Below are positions 14,701-28,731 of a stretch of DNA of 64,000 nt, one piece after another. A model generated the notes under the pieces. It searched no databases, was not told where the DNA came from, and worked only from the letters and a program-made list of their open reading frames with translations. The stretch comes from Octopus vulgaris (lineage: Eukaryota), in the NCBI GenBank assembly GCA_951406725.2, contig OX597831.1, positions 53,382,001 through 53,446,000 on the forward strand, written 5' to 3'. Position 1 is the stretch's first letter. Every line of letters begins with the position of its first letter. A program made the position numbers and the translations under genes.

Positions 14701-15060
14701 TTAATCATTTCTTACTACGGATCAACGAAAATTACATATTAGATTGATATATCATTATTTTCTATAACCAATATCTTTTAACCTTCAAAATACAGAATGG
14801 AAATATTTTTTTAAAGCAGGCTAAATTTTTACTGGACCCAACAATACTGTATTTTTTTGAAAATTCATTTTAACTAGAAAAGAGTTTTAATAATTCACAG
14901 TACACACAAAAACAATATCTTTTGAAAATAATAAAATGTTAATTGAAAAACGAAAAAAAGGTGAAGTAAAAGGAAAAGTAAATCGTGTAAAAGATATGAA
15001 CCAAAAACAAATAAAAGTAAATCCAAACAAAGGAAAAATTTTTTTTAAAATGTAACAAAC

Positions 15061-15220
15061 CTGCTATAGGATCCATTGATTCTCTGCCATTAGGTGAAAG
15101 CCCTGATAAAGTAGATCCTCCAGGTGGTATATGCATGTTAGCTCTCCTAGAACGAGTGCTTCCAACACCCCGTGCTGGATGAGGTATTCGTCTTACATGC
15201 CTCATTCCACTTGACTCTTC
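15061..15220 (-). CDS. KCMF1: KCMF1 exon 5 (later exons not found in window)
   Basis: Follows an AC acceptor, 160 nt. Encodes EESSGMRHVRRIPHPARGVGSTRSRRANMHIPPGGSTLSGLSPNGRESMDPIA, then G|GTTTGT donor. Matches the KCMF1 RHVRR and MDPIAE motifs. Confidence 0.92.
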
Positions 15221-18200
15221 GTAAGAAAAAAGTTAAGGACAAATACATCCAAGAAGGAGTACAAGAAATATAACAAATTTTGGAGATGATTTTTTTAAAA
15301 GAAAGAAACCAGACATTTTAATAGTAGATGAACCTTAAGGTGGCAAGCTGGTAGAAATCTGACATTTTGTCTGCCTTTATGTTCTGAGTTCAAATTCTGC
15401 CAAGATGGACTTTGCCTTTCATTCCTTTGAGGTCAATAAAATAAGTACCAGTTGAACTGGGTTGATGTTAACTTAACCCCTCCTCAAAACTTGCTGACCT
15501 TGAGCCAAAATTTGAAACGAATATTAGATAAATCTGTGTTTTATTTTCAAACAATATGCATGCATATTGCCACTGTTGGTGCATTTGGTTACATTCCTGG
15601 CAATAATGCATTTTCTGAAGAAATAATGGTTTATGTTCTTCTTAAGTAGTTAATGTGTGATGGTATAAACTTGTATTTTATCATGACATCAATGTGAGCA
15701 ACGCAAGGAATGTGAATGAAGCAAAGAGCAACAAAAAGCAATTAATATTTTATCAATGAACGTTAACAATGCAAATGTCACAAGAGGGAAGTCAGTCAAC
15801 TGCAGAAGACATTACAATAACAACCAAGAGACTCTAGATGGTTACCAAACATGCTATAAATAACAGCTTTCTTTAGACCAACTGCCTTAAAAAAGGAAGG
15901 ACACACTAGTTATGTGGTTGTAGATAAAATATGTTGAAAGAAACAGAAAAAAAATAGTTGCAATTGGACAGCATTCAGATGTGCAATCACCAACAGCCAT
16001 ATCTGTTCAATCTGTAAACAAGTGGTTCCTGCTTTGGTTCTACTTCATGACACCTTGGGCAGGTGTCTATTTTAATTTTTGGTTGATCAATGTGTTGAAT
16101 GGATTTAGTAGACAGGAACGTGAAAACACATCATCAGTATCTGCATGTGTGTGCTTGTATTTGTCTTCACTGATATTGTTTGAGCACAGATTCAACATGC
16201 AAAGAATGCAGTCAGCACAGCTAGAATACCTTTGATCATATGTCTGCTCAATCAGGGATGACATGAAGCTAAATAACTGCCAGTAACACAAAATATAATC
16301 AACATCAGAACCAATGAGAGAGAGAGCCTTTATGTTGTCATTCAAATGGTTAAATATGGATGTTGAACTTACATCAAATCACCCTCTAAAAGCTTAAAAA
16401 GGAAAAAGAGATATTGGATAATGGAGTCCTAGCTACACACTGACACTATTTGAAATAAAATTTAAGCTGGTACTGGCTGACAAACTTTTCAATACAAGTC
16501 TGCTCAATCAAGAGTCAACATTAAATGCTGAGATTGTTTGGTAGAATTCTATGGTAAGATGTTCTTGTTGCCAACCCTTACATGTTTTTCAAGTAAGGTA
16601 CTTATTTAACTGGCCCTTCTTTGCATGTTGGATTACTTGGCTGCAAGATTTTGTTTATGAAGGACATAAATGCAAAAGCGAGACAATACAGGAAAACAAA
16701 CATTCGGACACACATACTGGTGCAGGCATGGCCATATGGTTAAGAAATTTGCTTAGGAGCTACATGGACACTGTTGACTGACTGGAGTCTTGTACTTTCC
16801 CTTTGTGAGAGTTATCTGGTTGATGGAAACTAAAAGAAACTCATTGTTTGTGTATATACTAGACTTGGTGTTAGGAAGAGTAATCATTCACAGAGACCAC
16901 ACCAAAGCTAACATGGGAGCTTGTTGTAGTCTTGGAAAATGAACATTAAATGATAATGAATATAGTGTCTGAGGAATGAGTGAGGGTAAGTTTCCTGTTG
17001 TCCTGACATGGATGCATTAATTGTAAATGAAAGTTACCATCATCCAACCACTGAGCTGTTCACTGTTTGAAAGGACCAGGGGAAATATTACTTTACTTGG
17101 AAACTGATGAGGGCTGGTAAGAGACGGAGCATCTAGCTTCATGCACCTCATCACTGCTAGTTTACTTCCGACTCCACCTAAATGTCAATAACTATGTAGC
17201 TCCTTTACAAGAAGGCCCTGCTCTTCACCCACACCCCTATCTCTTAGTATAAAACTGTCTACACTTCCTGCTTCCACTGGGATTTGTAGTCTTGCAAGCT
17301 GCATGGTGACAACTAGTACTGGTGGCATGAAAAGAAGCCCAGTAAAGTGGTTGGAGTTAGGAAATTCAATCAGCTGTAGAAAGCATGCCAAAGCAGTACT
17401 TAGACCCCTAATATCCCGTCAAATCATCAAACCCATGCTAGCAAGGAACATGGACAATAAATGACGATTGTAGCTGTTAGTGGTGGCCTTAGTAGAGGTG
17501 GGCAAAAGCTGACACAACGACACAAAAACAGACCAGGTAATACTGCAAACTGAAGTGTATAGTTTGGTCTTCAACAAAACAGATGCACAGTATATAGAGA
17601 GCACCAAATCTGGGGATGGCCTTAATCATTTAACAGGCCACACAATTGATAACTGATAGCAATTTAACCATTTAGCATTTAAACTGGCTCAAATATTGTA
17701 CTTGCTTTACGTTCAAACTGGCCAGATCTGGCATCTCACAGTTACCTATACGGTCATTCTAAAAATAAACAATCACATTATCAAAATCTCAAAGCTATAA
17801 GAAATGTTAGTTTGTAGCAGAGTTTGACACTAACGTTAGAATAAGGGGATAGGTATTATTAGCAAAGTATTGCAATTAGAGTCAAGAATGGAGCTAACAA
17901 GTAGAGTAAACTAAAATCAGTATTGTTTGAAAGAACCTTAGTAAAGATTCTTTGCTAATAGGAGTGGACACAGGTCATACAACTATGAATGTTTGAAGTT
18001 TATTATGAATGAATGATAGACTGAGTGCCATCTAGCTGAAAATAAGAAGCATGAATCTGTTCAGTGTAATCTTTTGAATGTGAGGGGGAGATGAGATAAT
18101 GTATTCAGGTTGGAATGTTTCGAGCTGGTGATTGAATGTAACTGAAAGTGAATTTATATAAGACAGCTAAAAAGATACATTTCAAAGTTGTCAAGTGAGC

Positions 18201-18388
18201 AGAAAAAAAATAACATGATTATGGAGATAAAAGATACAATTCAAAATGAATTTCAAAAAGAAATTAAAAATGTAACCATTTTTTCAGTTAATTAAACTGA
18301 GTTTTTACTTTTAGAAAAAGTTTAAAAAACTTGTTATACAGAAAAAAAAAAAAGTTTTTGCAGTAGCTGGACAATATGAAAAGGATAT
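15221..18388 (-). other. U12-type (minor spliceosome) AT-AC intron, KCMF1 intron 4
   Basis: 5' end ATATCCTTTT; branch site TCCTTAAC at 15232-15239; 3' end TTTTTTCTTAC. Splicing keeps the reading frame (REF|EESSG). Confidence 0.93.
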
Positions 18389-18490
18389 AAATTCTCTTGG
18401 TGTTCTGTGTTCTAATGTGAGGTGTGCAGCAAAGTCATCAGTTACATGGTTAGGATCCCCACCAGGCAATGCAGCACATATTGGACAAAC
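18389..18490 (-). CDS. KCMF1: KCMF1 exon 4
   Basis: ttgaag| acceptor, 102 nt. Encodes VCPICAALPGGDPNHVTDDFAAHLTLEHRTPREF and ends at the U12-type donor ATATCCTTT. Confidence 0.95.
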
Positions 18491-19689
18491 CTTCAAAAGA
18501 AAATAATGACAATGTTTACACACAAAATCTGAGCTATGTATTGTAAAGATATGTATAAAAAGAAGCTAAAAAAAAAAAAAATGGTGGTTTTCTGTTGATT
18601 AACATAACTCAAGATATTCTTGGGTTTTATGGAGCAACACTTATAATGCAATTATATCTATGTAAGTGAAATCCAGGTTTGTTAATGTTAACAATATAGT
18701 TTCTCTGAAAATGAGTACCATGAATAAAAAGATTTGCTTTGCAAAATTCTCAGAAAGTTCTTGCCAGGATTAGGACTTTTAGGTTTGTACAATATTGAAG
18801 AAAATGTCAGGAGAAGATTTCTATCAGTTTCATCACTTGCAGCATTTTCATGAGAACAGGTTGACAGAAGATTGTACCTAGTTTCAAAGCAGATAGCCTT
18901 CAGGATATCCAACAATACGTACATGTGACTGATCTGAAGAATTTCAATATAAACCATGTTGACTCAAGTCTTGCCAGGGAGCAATCAAGAAAATAAGAAA
19001 AAAATGTTCTATATGCACTGTATAGAATACAGCAATATTATTCATATTTCTTACCTAATCCTCTTCTTATAGTAAAGATTTATTAAATATCTATTTTTGT
19101 CTTGAAAGACATTCACACATAATCATCATAAAATACCAAGTATCAGAAACTATTTCTTTATACTTTAAGATGAATTGTTGGAATGCCTTTGTCAAATTTT
19201 GAAAAAATAATCTTAGAAAAAAAAAAATCCAAGTATCGAACAAAATTTAAATATAATAGTTTTCCTCAACTAAATAGCTAGCTTTCCAAAATTTGGTAAA
19301 TTACCACATTAAAAAAAATTTTTTTTAGTTTGAATTTATTTTCATAAGCATCAAAAAGGCAAGAATTTTTATTTTGTTGTAAATTTGGACATGAATTGTG
19401 GTGAAAATTTTTTTTTACAATAACCTACATAACTTTACAATACAGTAACTGTAAAAAGACTCAAACTCTTAAACTTGCAGTCTATAATCCCATGTCTTAA
19501 TCACACAGTAGCTGTTTCTTTTATTAACATGTGAAAAAACAATATAGACAAAATATCAAACTGATAATTTTAGACATATTAAAAATTGTTTCCCTGTTTC
19601 ATAATAAGAAATACACAAATGAAAATAATGGGGGAAAAAAAAAAAATGTGGAAAATAAACACTCAATGAAAAATAAAGATTATACTAAC

Positions 19690-19829
19690 TACTTCTGTAG
19701 AGGCGTCTGCATGCTCTGATGTGACATGCTCCTGTAAAGTTGCTTCTGTAAACCCCATTTTGCCACAATATGGACAAGTGAAAGACTGGGCCTGCTCGGC
19801 AGGCAATGCTTCTCCCCCATAATACAGTT
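19690..19829 (-). CDS. KCMF1: KCMF1 exon 3, C2H2/Di19-type zinc finger
   Basis: tttcag| acceptor and |GTTAGT donor, 140 nt. Encodes ELYYGGEALPAEQAQSFTCPYCGKMGFTEATLQEHVTSEHADASTEV. Confidence 0.95.
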
Positions 19830-21104
19830 CTGAAATATCAAGCAGGTATATTTTAAAATACTGAAGTGAAAGTAATAAAATAAAAGACATCTAATTTAGA
19901 AGATGTTATGCAAGCAATTCTAAAAATTTCCAATATATGTAAGGTAAACAAGATTACATATTAAATCAAAATTTCTTTTTATTTCAATTTTCAATGACTG
20001 TGCTGACGAGTAGATGATTAGGAATAAATTTATTTACAGATCAGTCAACAAAAAATTCTGACTGAATGAAACTTTCATGTGGATATGTAATGTGAATATG
20101 TTATACATGACAAACATTATATATTCTACTAACTCCTAATATAGAGATGCATGGAAAACTTTTTTGTACCAAAATCAATCAATCAGAGTGTATGTATGTG
20201 TGTGTATATATATATATAAAAGATTGTTTAAAGATTACATTTGTAGGCAATATAAGTTTTAAGCATAGAGGAAATAGAAGTAATGTGATGTAATTTAAAT
20301 TATTTAATTTCATTATTTCACCAAAGTGGTTGAATTAGTTAACACAGCAGTGATTGTTTCTACTCAACTTAGCACTACAAAGTATGAAAACAACTGACAA
20401 GCACATTGTTGGCATCAACAATGGGTTAGATAATCTTTTTAATTCCCACTGGCGACTATAATATTATTTACATTAAAATCTTTGATGTTGATTATGAAAT
20501 AAAAACTAGCAGCAATACTTAGCCACACTGAAATTTATAGAAACTATATATGAGAGGGACAGAGAGAGAGAGAGAGGAAAGTGAGTCACATAGTCAATGA
20601 CTTCTTCACAGAAAGTTGCACCCCTAGACAAAGCTGCAACTACCTAAATGCAAAACAACTAGAAACATACATTGACCTTTATATATTAGGATGGTTTAAA
20701 ATAGATTTCTTGCTAAAAAATATAATATATATTTTTTTCAGTATTATATACATTATGCTACTGTAGAGACAGTAAAAAAAATCTAGTTTTTCCACAAGTC
20801 AGTTATCTTGTCTCTAAACAATAATGATTTCATTCAAACACATGCACACCTTTAGAAAAAGACAGGTAGGTATAGTTGAGTGACTCAATTTATTTTGTAG
20901 AATAATAAAGTATAGAAAGCAAAGTTTATTTGGTTGGAATCCTAGCGCTTTAACCCCTCACACCAAACCTACAATGTCATTCTAAAAATAATCGTCATTG
21001 AAATTTTGAAGCTACAAGATAATGTATGGTTAATTCAAAACAATGTGAATAAATAAATATTACATTCAACGGTAATCTGAATGCTAAAAGACTAATATAT
21101 ATGT

Positions 21105-22367
21105 GTGTGTAATTCCATAAATAATGTGGTTTTCTCAACTGCATGGACTAAAAATTGAAGGAGGAGAGGATAAACTACCTGCATCAACTTATGAAAGCAG
21201 GTAGTAATTTTACCTTGTATTGATTTTTAGTGCAAGTTTTGAAGAGTGCAGTTTGATTTTAACAGTTATTTTTTCAAAGCTATAATGGAAATGACAAAGG
21301 AGCATATTCGGCATATTTTGCTTTATGAGTTCAATAAAGGCAACAACACAATGGAAAGTATGAGAAATATTAAAGCAGTATATGGGGATCAGACAATAAG
21401 CATAAGCCAGTGTCAACAGTGGTTCCAGAAATTTTGAGCAGGAAACTACAGACTAGAAGATGAGCCTTGTCCTGGAAGATCTGTAGAGCATGACGAGGAT
21501 GTCCTGCAAACCTTGGTGGAACAAAATCCCATCATAACTGTTGAGGAACTGGCAGAGAAGATTGGATTTGGTCATTCAACCATTCATCGATATCTGCGTG
21601 CCATTGGAAAAGTCAGCAAATTAGGTCAATGGGTTCCTCACAAACTTTCCAAGTCTAAACATGTGCAGAGAGTGAATGTGTGCTCTTCTTTGCTGTCACA
21701 TCTCACAAATGAACCTTTTTTGGACTGAATAGTGACTGTTGAAGAGAAATGAGTTCTCTATGAAAATGTCAAGCACCAAGGAAATTGGGTAGGGAAAGGA
21801 GTAACATTGGCACTCCAGGCTAAAGAAGGTTTTCCCCCGTGTAAGGAGTTGTTATCTGTTTGGTGGGTTACGAAGGGTTTAGTCCATTTTGAACATTTAA
21901 AGCTTAACCAAATGGTAAGAAAGGAGATCTACTGCAAGCAGCTTGAGCGGCTCAAGTCAGTGATTGAAGAAAAATGATCATCTTTGGTTTCAAGACAAAA
22001 GGTGCTCTTCCATCAGGATAAAGCTTGGCTACATACAGTAAGGATGACAGTTTGAATGGGAAACTATGCCCCACCCACCATATTCGCTGGATATTACCCC
22101 ATCTGATCATCATTTATTCTGTAGTATTCAAAATCATTTGCACAGAAAATATATGAATTTTGTAGATGAGGTCAGAACAGTCCTGGAGGAGTATTTTTCA
22201 TCACAGCAAGTGAATTTTGGAAGAGGGGCCTTGCAAGTCTACCAGATAGATGGAAGAGCATTGTAGAAAATGGAGGAGAGTATATTTTAGATTGAAAAAG
22301 AAATTTATTTTAATTTTGAAAAATAAAAGAAGTATTAAAAAACCGCATAATTTATGGGATAACCCAA
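21105..22367 (+). mobile_element. Defective mariner transposon, copy 2 of the same family
   Basis: Colinear with copy 1, with WVPHKL and HPPYSLDITPSD motifs. Right TIR ...tttatgggataacccaa|TA; left TIR eroded. Confidence 0.92.
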
Positions 22368-24344
22368 TATATATGCACACACACACACGATGTACCATCA
22401 TTCCAGACTTGCATTAACCATCAATGAATTATTTTAGAGGAAAAGTAAACTTTCATGAAATGGATACACACATTGCTGTGTGGATAAGAAGTTTGTTTTA
22501 TAACCATGATTCAAGCTGGATTACACTGTGTAGCACCATGGACAGGCACCTATTATTGCCTCAAACTGACCAATGCCTTTCAAGTGAAACTGGTAGATGG
22601 AAACTGTAAGAAGTCCATTGTGTGTGTGTGCTGCGTAAGACCAATGCCATCTCCTATGTACCAATGTCTTTGTTTACAATGTATTTCCCTGTCCTTTCAG
22701 CACATGTACAAAGAACTAGGGGGAATAGTACTTTTCTTAGAAAAGAGTGTGGGCTGGCATCAACTGCGTTTGAATGGTGCTTTTTATGTGCCACTGGCAT
22801 GGGGAGCCAGCCAGGCGGCAGTGGAAATGACCCATGTATGGATTGTCCCTACTGCGTGCTACTAGCATGAGAACCAGTCAGGTGGCACTGGCACTGGTCA
22901 CAAACAATCCACAGATGAAATTTATATTTTAATGCATCGTGATGCTTTAAAATATTTATAAATTCTATCCATGGATTATTATCATTATTATTATATTTGT
23001 CCTATATTATATTGACACAAAGTGGTACAACCCCAAAAAACTGCTGTTGCCGGTATGATAATATAGAAGCTTTTATATGCATATTCAAGTGTTTCCTACA
23101 AACGAATTTAAAGGGTATATATATGATTATTTCTTTTAACACAGTAAAGGATGTAAACATTGGCAAAACAACAGTGCTCCTTGAATGAAGTCATCTGAGT
23201 TAGACACTCCCTTATCACTCTCATTATCAGAAATATAATCAGTGGTCTTGTAGAATTTTGTATCCAGTGATGGTATGGTTAACAAATTGCAAAATAAACC
23301 AACAAATCCAGCATGTTATTGGTGTTTGTTTTATCAATTTAGAGGGACAAAAAGCAACGTAGATTCTGATAATATCAGAACACTAAACAGTAGAGGGGAA
23401 AAGTAAATGTAACTGCCCACTGTTATTTTAACCATCACCAGTGTCCTCTCAATAATAACAATGACATTTTAAACTTTTTTTTTTATTCAAAACATTAAAC
23501 TAGAACATTCTGGCAAATGGTAAATTATGATGTTAAAGTGTTAGGTTCAAAACATGAAGAGAGAAAAGAACGATAAGAATATTTAAATTTAATGAAATTA
23601 GGACAGAAAATTTGAAGCCAAGAGTGGAAAGGAAAACAAACTAAGATTTCAATTACTTATGCAGTCCTAAAATAATCCTTTTATTCATTGATACCTACTA
23701 ACATTTAAAATTACTAATAAATACTTGTGAAAGGTAGAGCATTCAAATTTCCATTTGAAAGTCTATACTATACAAAAACAGAAGACAAAGAAATTTAAAT
23801 GAGAGACATTTAGAAAATAATTAAAAAAATGTAAGTCAACCACTATTTGGAAATATACAAGTAAACACTAATTGTTTACAAATTATAAAAGCAAAAGAAG
23901 AAACATGTTGCAAACATTTAATTAGAACAGAGTTTATTGTTAATTTGTCTAATTTGTATTCTACCATGAATATTTTGAAACCTATAGTAAAAACAGCATA
24001 GCTTTTAAATTGAATCTTAACTAAGTTGAGTTAAAAAAACACAGAACTCATGTCCTCAAAAGTTGAACAGAGGAAAAGTTCACCATATTTTTTATAAATT
24101 AAAAATGAGTGAAGTCAATTAACTAAACACACAATGTATTTTTTTGGTTAAAAAGCAAATAAAAAAAGAAGAGGGGAAGAGGGACTTAGAAACCTGAAGC
24201 CCCATCTACAAAATATTTCCAAGAAAATTGAGAGAGATTCAATGAAATAACCCAGAATAATGCAGTGTGAAAATGGATACTAACTATATCATTTAAGATA
24301 GAAACATTCTGAGAAGTCACTGAACCATATCTTTTTTTTTTTTA

Positions 24345-24693
24345 AACTTGTTTGTGATTTGATTGCAGCCATGCTGAGACACCACCTTGAAAGGCTTTTA
24401 GTCGAACAAATTGATCCCAGGATTTATGTTTTTAAAGCCTAGTACTTATTTTATTAGTCTTTTTTGTTGAACTGCTAAGTTACAGGGCTGTAAACACACT
24501 AGTTGTCAAGTGATGGTGGGGGACTAACAGACATACACACAACAGGCTTTCAGTTTCTGTCTACTAAACTCACTCACAAGGCTTTGGTTGGTCCAAGGCT
24601 GTAGTAGAAGATACTTGCCCAAGGTACAACACAGTGGGACTGAACCCAGAACCATGTGGTTGGGAAGCAAATTTCTTACAACACGCCTGTGCC
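24345..24693 (-). mobile_element. OR-like SINE
   Basis: Colinear with the 60128-60532 copy. Further copies at about 740-1090, 47059-47360, 50465-50776, 53145-53460 and 53461-54528 (interrupted). Confidence 0.75.
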
Positions 24694-27600
24694 TAATTGT
24701 TTATAAATTAAACAAGCAAAATAATGTATGAGATTATTTAAAAAATGATGAATACACTTCTATAAAATATGGAAATTGTTGGACTTTGGAAATCATGATG
24801 CTTAAAAAAAACAATCCACTATGAAAATCACAAACCAAGAACAGTTTTTCTTTTTTATTTGTTAGTAGCTGTTGAGGTGCCGAAAATCTCTAGCTTCATT
24901 ATCTGGATTAAAAGGGATAAAAGCAAAATACAACAACAGAGGTTGGTGAAAAATAGAAAGTCAAAAGCAAGATTAATGTTTTGTAAATAAATACAGGGGA
25001 GGGGGGGATTAATGTCAAATTAATACCTATTAAAAAGGCTTTCATTTAAAGAACAATGAAAGATTTGTAATGTCATTTTAATAATGAAGTTTTTCTAAGA
25101 TTTGTTAATCTTGATAAAAATAGGTTACAAAATATGGAATTTAGTCAAGATTTTGAGGAGGTCACACTTTATGTATATATGTATTAGGATCTTTTTACAT
25201 TCTGAGAGAGAGTGGGTGTGTGTGACAAAATGACTTTCAACAAATGTGTTGTTACATAGTTTAGATGGAGCTGAATGATGTTACAGGAATGGAAGTCAGT
25301 CAATTAAACTAAGAGACTGAAAATACAAAACAAGAGATTTTCTTTGCAAGAGGCTCAGATGTAAGCATTTTTCACAATCTCAAAAAGGAAAATGACATTT
25401 TGGCAGGTTCTGAATATAATTGGCACAGTTTTGTGTTCAGAATCGTAAACAATCCAATAACCTATGAATTATATTGCTTAAATTGAAAAATTTTGTGATA
25501 CTGAGATAGATGGTCACTTCTTTTTTTATATCACTTATTCAGGAGGTAAGGGCAGGGCTCATGTATCATTTGAGAGCCTCTGAAAGTGGGAGAGAATGGG
25601 GAAGGTATCCTCAAACCAGAGATCCATATTTGAGTGCTTGCAACTAAGTGGACTCCACTAGAGATACTAAGGACCAGGTGGTGGTGATAAACTGGATAAC
25701 AGATTAAGTTTATCACCAAGTAAGCCACGATGAGATTTGAACTCAAAATGCAAAAAGCCAGGGCAAATACTAAAAAGCATCTCAACCAATGCTTTAAAAA
25801 TTCTACCAGCCCATTGCTCTAGAATAGCATTTTATTGACCCAAAATGATGAAAGTCAAGGCAGACCTTGGTAGATTTGAACTCAGAATGGAAGGAACTGG
25901 AATAAATTCTGAAAAGCATTTCATATAATGGTTTAACTCTATTAATTTACTGCCCGATACTTTGGATTGGGTTAAATCATATTCTTTGATTACTGAGAGT
26001 TGAAATGGTTCTCTAATGCCAGCCAAAAAATTAGCAGTCAACTTCCAGTAAATGATTTAATGCATAGTGGCCATTGCAAAATCACTTAGCACTCAATGGT
26101 CCAGTCCACCAAGGCAAAAACAGATACTATGTAACAATACAACTATTGCCAGCAGCTGGGACACTAGATAATTGAGTCTTTCAGTATCCTGCAATGCTGA
26201 GTGGAAGTTCTCTTACAAACACAGGTCATAAAAGGGATGCTTACTCAGCAGAATTGTTTAAACAATTCTATTATTAACAAGCCAAGTGGAAAGAATATGA
26301 ACAAATTTAGAAGTTAGCGAAATGATTAAAGTTAAATTTGGAACTAAATTGTGATAAAAACACCGGATCCAATATTCGCTATTAATGGAGTTAATAGGCT
26401 TGTTCACCTCAATGCTAAAATAAACAATCCAAACCGCAAACCCAAACTTGACAGATTATTCTTTTTGATATTGTTTTCCAAGGAAAGAGGGCAGATAAAA
26501 TCCTTAGCCGATAGGAGATTCAAATGAAGACAATACAATTATTATTTTCAAAGAGAGAAAAAAAAATCAGCAGTTTCATAATTATGTCATTTTATAAAGG
26601 AAAGCTAGTACATTGGTAAAAGATTTTTGATGAAAACAAATAATAATAGAAAAAGAGATGAGGAGCAGAAATTGTTATAACAGAAGCAAAAATAGGAACC
26701 AACACAACAGTAAGAATTTAAAGAAGATTCATAAGTTTAAAGAGATAAAACAATTGAGAATTGTTGAAACAAAAAGCGAAGACAAGTTCAATTTCCTATA
26801 GGTAACTAACATTTGGACCTTGACATCACCGAATCCTACATGGATTAAATAAGAGTGTAAAATATTGTTATGGGTTGAAGAAAAGTTAAGGAAACTAATG
26901 TTATTGGAAAGGGTAACTGATAAATGTGAGGACATTTTAGGCAACTTTTATATGACTACAAATATATTGTGTACTTGTACTTTTTCTTTGTATGAGATAC
27001 TGGCACACAAAGATTATTGTTGGAAAAATATATATGCAATTCTCACAGACTGTTTCCTTAAACTGTTAAAACTTTAAAAAAAAATTTGATTATGAAGAGA
27101 AAAACACAAAACATTAATGACAAGTTGCCATTACACCAGATTTATAAAAAATTCTATATTACTGAATAATATTACTATTTCATTAATTTTGTCTACTTTC
27201 TCCACATTGGCATCAGTGGACTATGGTCACATGCCTGTTCTGATATCAACTCTTACATATTTTCAAGTAATGTAATTTATTCCTTAAATTCACATTAATT
27301 GCCAAACCTTTTGTTGATATAAGACATAATCATTGTTACCATGAGCTGAACAATTCCATGTAATGACATGCTGATGACAAATACAAATGGCAGGCTTCCA
27401 TACATTTTCCATGTACCAAATTTTGTTCACATGTCATTGGTCAACTTGAAGCTATAGTAGAGGACAAGGAGTGAGCAGTAGGCCTGAACCTGAAACCACC
27501 TGGTTACAAAGCAAACATCTTAAGCACACAGTCAAGACTGTACCTACCATTGTTGTTTTACCTATTCTGCACAGAATAATTTGCTCAATGTAATTATACA

Positions 27601-27753
27601 AAAACATAAGATATTATAAATCCAGTTTAAACTGAAAAAGAATACATGATAATTATATACTAAACTAATCTGACATTTGCTTAACTGATTACATTATGCA
27701 TATATATCCAAGGATATAAACAATGGTAAAGATATAAAGAAAAAAATTAGTAC

Positions 27754-27921
27754 CAAAATCAGCCTTAGTAAGTATACATTGGACTGGGTGATCTGTAGTA
27801 TGTCTGGTTGTGGTGGCACCTGCCTCATAACAATTTGCACAGAGATCATAATCATAGCAGACAAGACATTTGTATCTTTTCCCACGAAAGTTGCCCTTCA
27901 AACAGGAATCACAGCTCACAC
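27754..27921 (-). CDS. KCMF1: KCMF1 exon 2, ZZ-type zinc finger
   Basis: tgtag| acceptor and G|GTACTA donor, 168 nt. Encodes VSCDSCLKGNFRGKRYKCLVCYDYDLCANCYEAGATTTRHTTDHPVQCILTKADF. Confidence 0.96.
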
Positions 27922-28400
27922 CTACAAGTATAAGAAAAAAAGAATAGAAACACAAAATGAAGAGCAAATTTGTAGTATTCATAACAAAATACACAAGTAA
28001 ATTAAAGATAGTTTTTTTTAAAATTTTAAATTTAATAGTTTTCTTTTTTTTTTTAGCTCTATACATGCTTCTAAAGAAATGAAAGATAGATAGAAGTCAT
28101 AAGCAAACTTGTTAATGTAAACCATAATTTATAGAATTATAAAAACATAATTGGGAATATCATCATAAATGACATATAGTGATTGAGATGGTAATCTCAC
28201 ATTTTGCAATATGTTTATATTGTAACAGAAGGAAAAAGTTTTTGCTACAATTAGATTTCTCATTTGCCATGAGGAAATTAACAGAATATATATCTCAGAA
28301 ATTTTGTGCATGTTAATCTATAGAAATAGTCTTTGGAAATGTATCTGTATTAGTAATAATGGTGGTTTCAAATTTTGGTATAGCACCAGTAATTTTAGGG

Positions 28401-28731
28401 AGAAGGGGTAAGTTGATCATATCAATCTCATTGATCAGCTGGTACTTTATAGCCCCCAAAAGGATGGAAAGGGAAGTTGAATCTGGTGGCACTTGAGATA
28501 AATAATTCTAATTTTGACATGAGGCCAGTAAATGTAAAGGGGGAGAGGATAAGTTCATCACATCAAACTCAATACTTTGAACAGTACCTTATTTTGGTGA
28601 CCCCAAAAGGATGAAAGGTAAAGTTGACTTTGGTGGGATTTGAGTTGAGAATATAGAGTCAAAGAAATAGAAGGGGTAAGTTGATCATATCAATCTCATT
28701 GATCAGCTGGTACTTTATAGCCCCCAAAAGG
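28401..28731. repeat. Exact 63-bp direct repeat inside a SINE cluster
   Basis: 28401-28463 is identical to 28669-28731. Confidence 0.85.
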
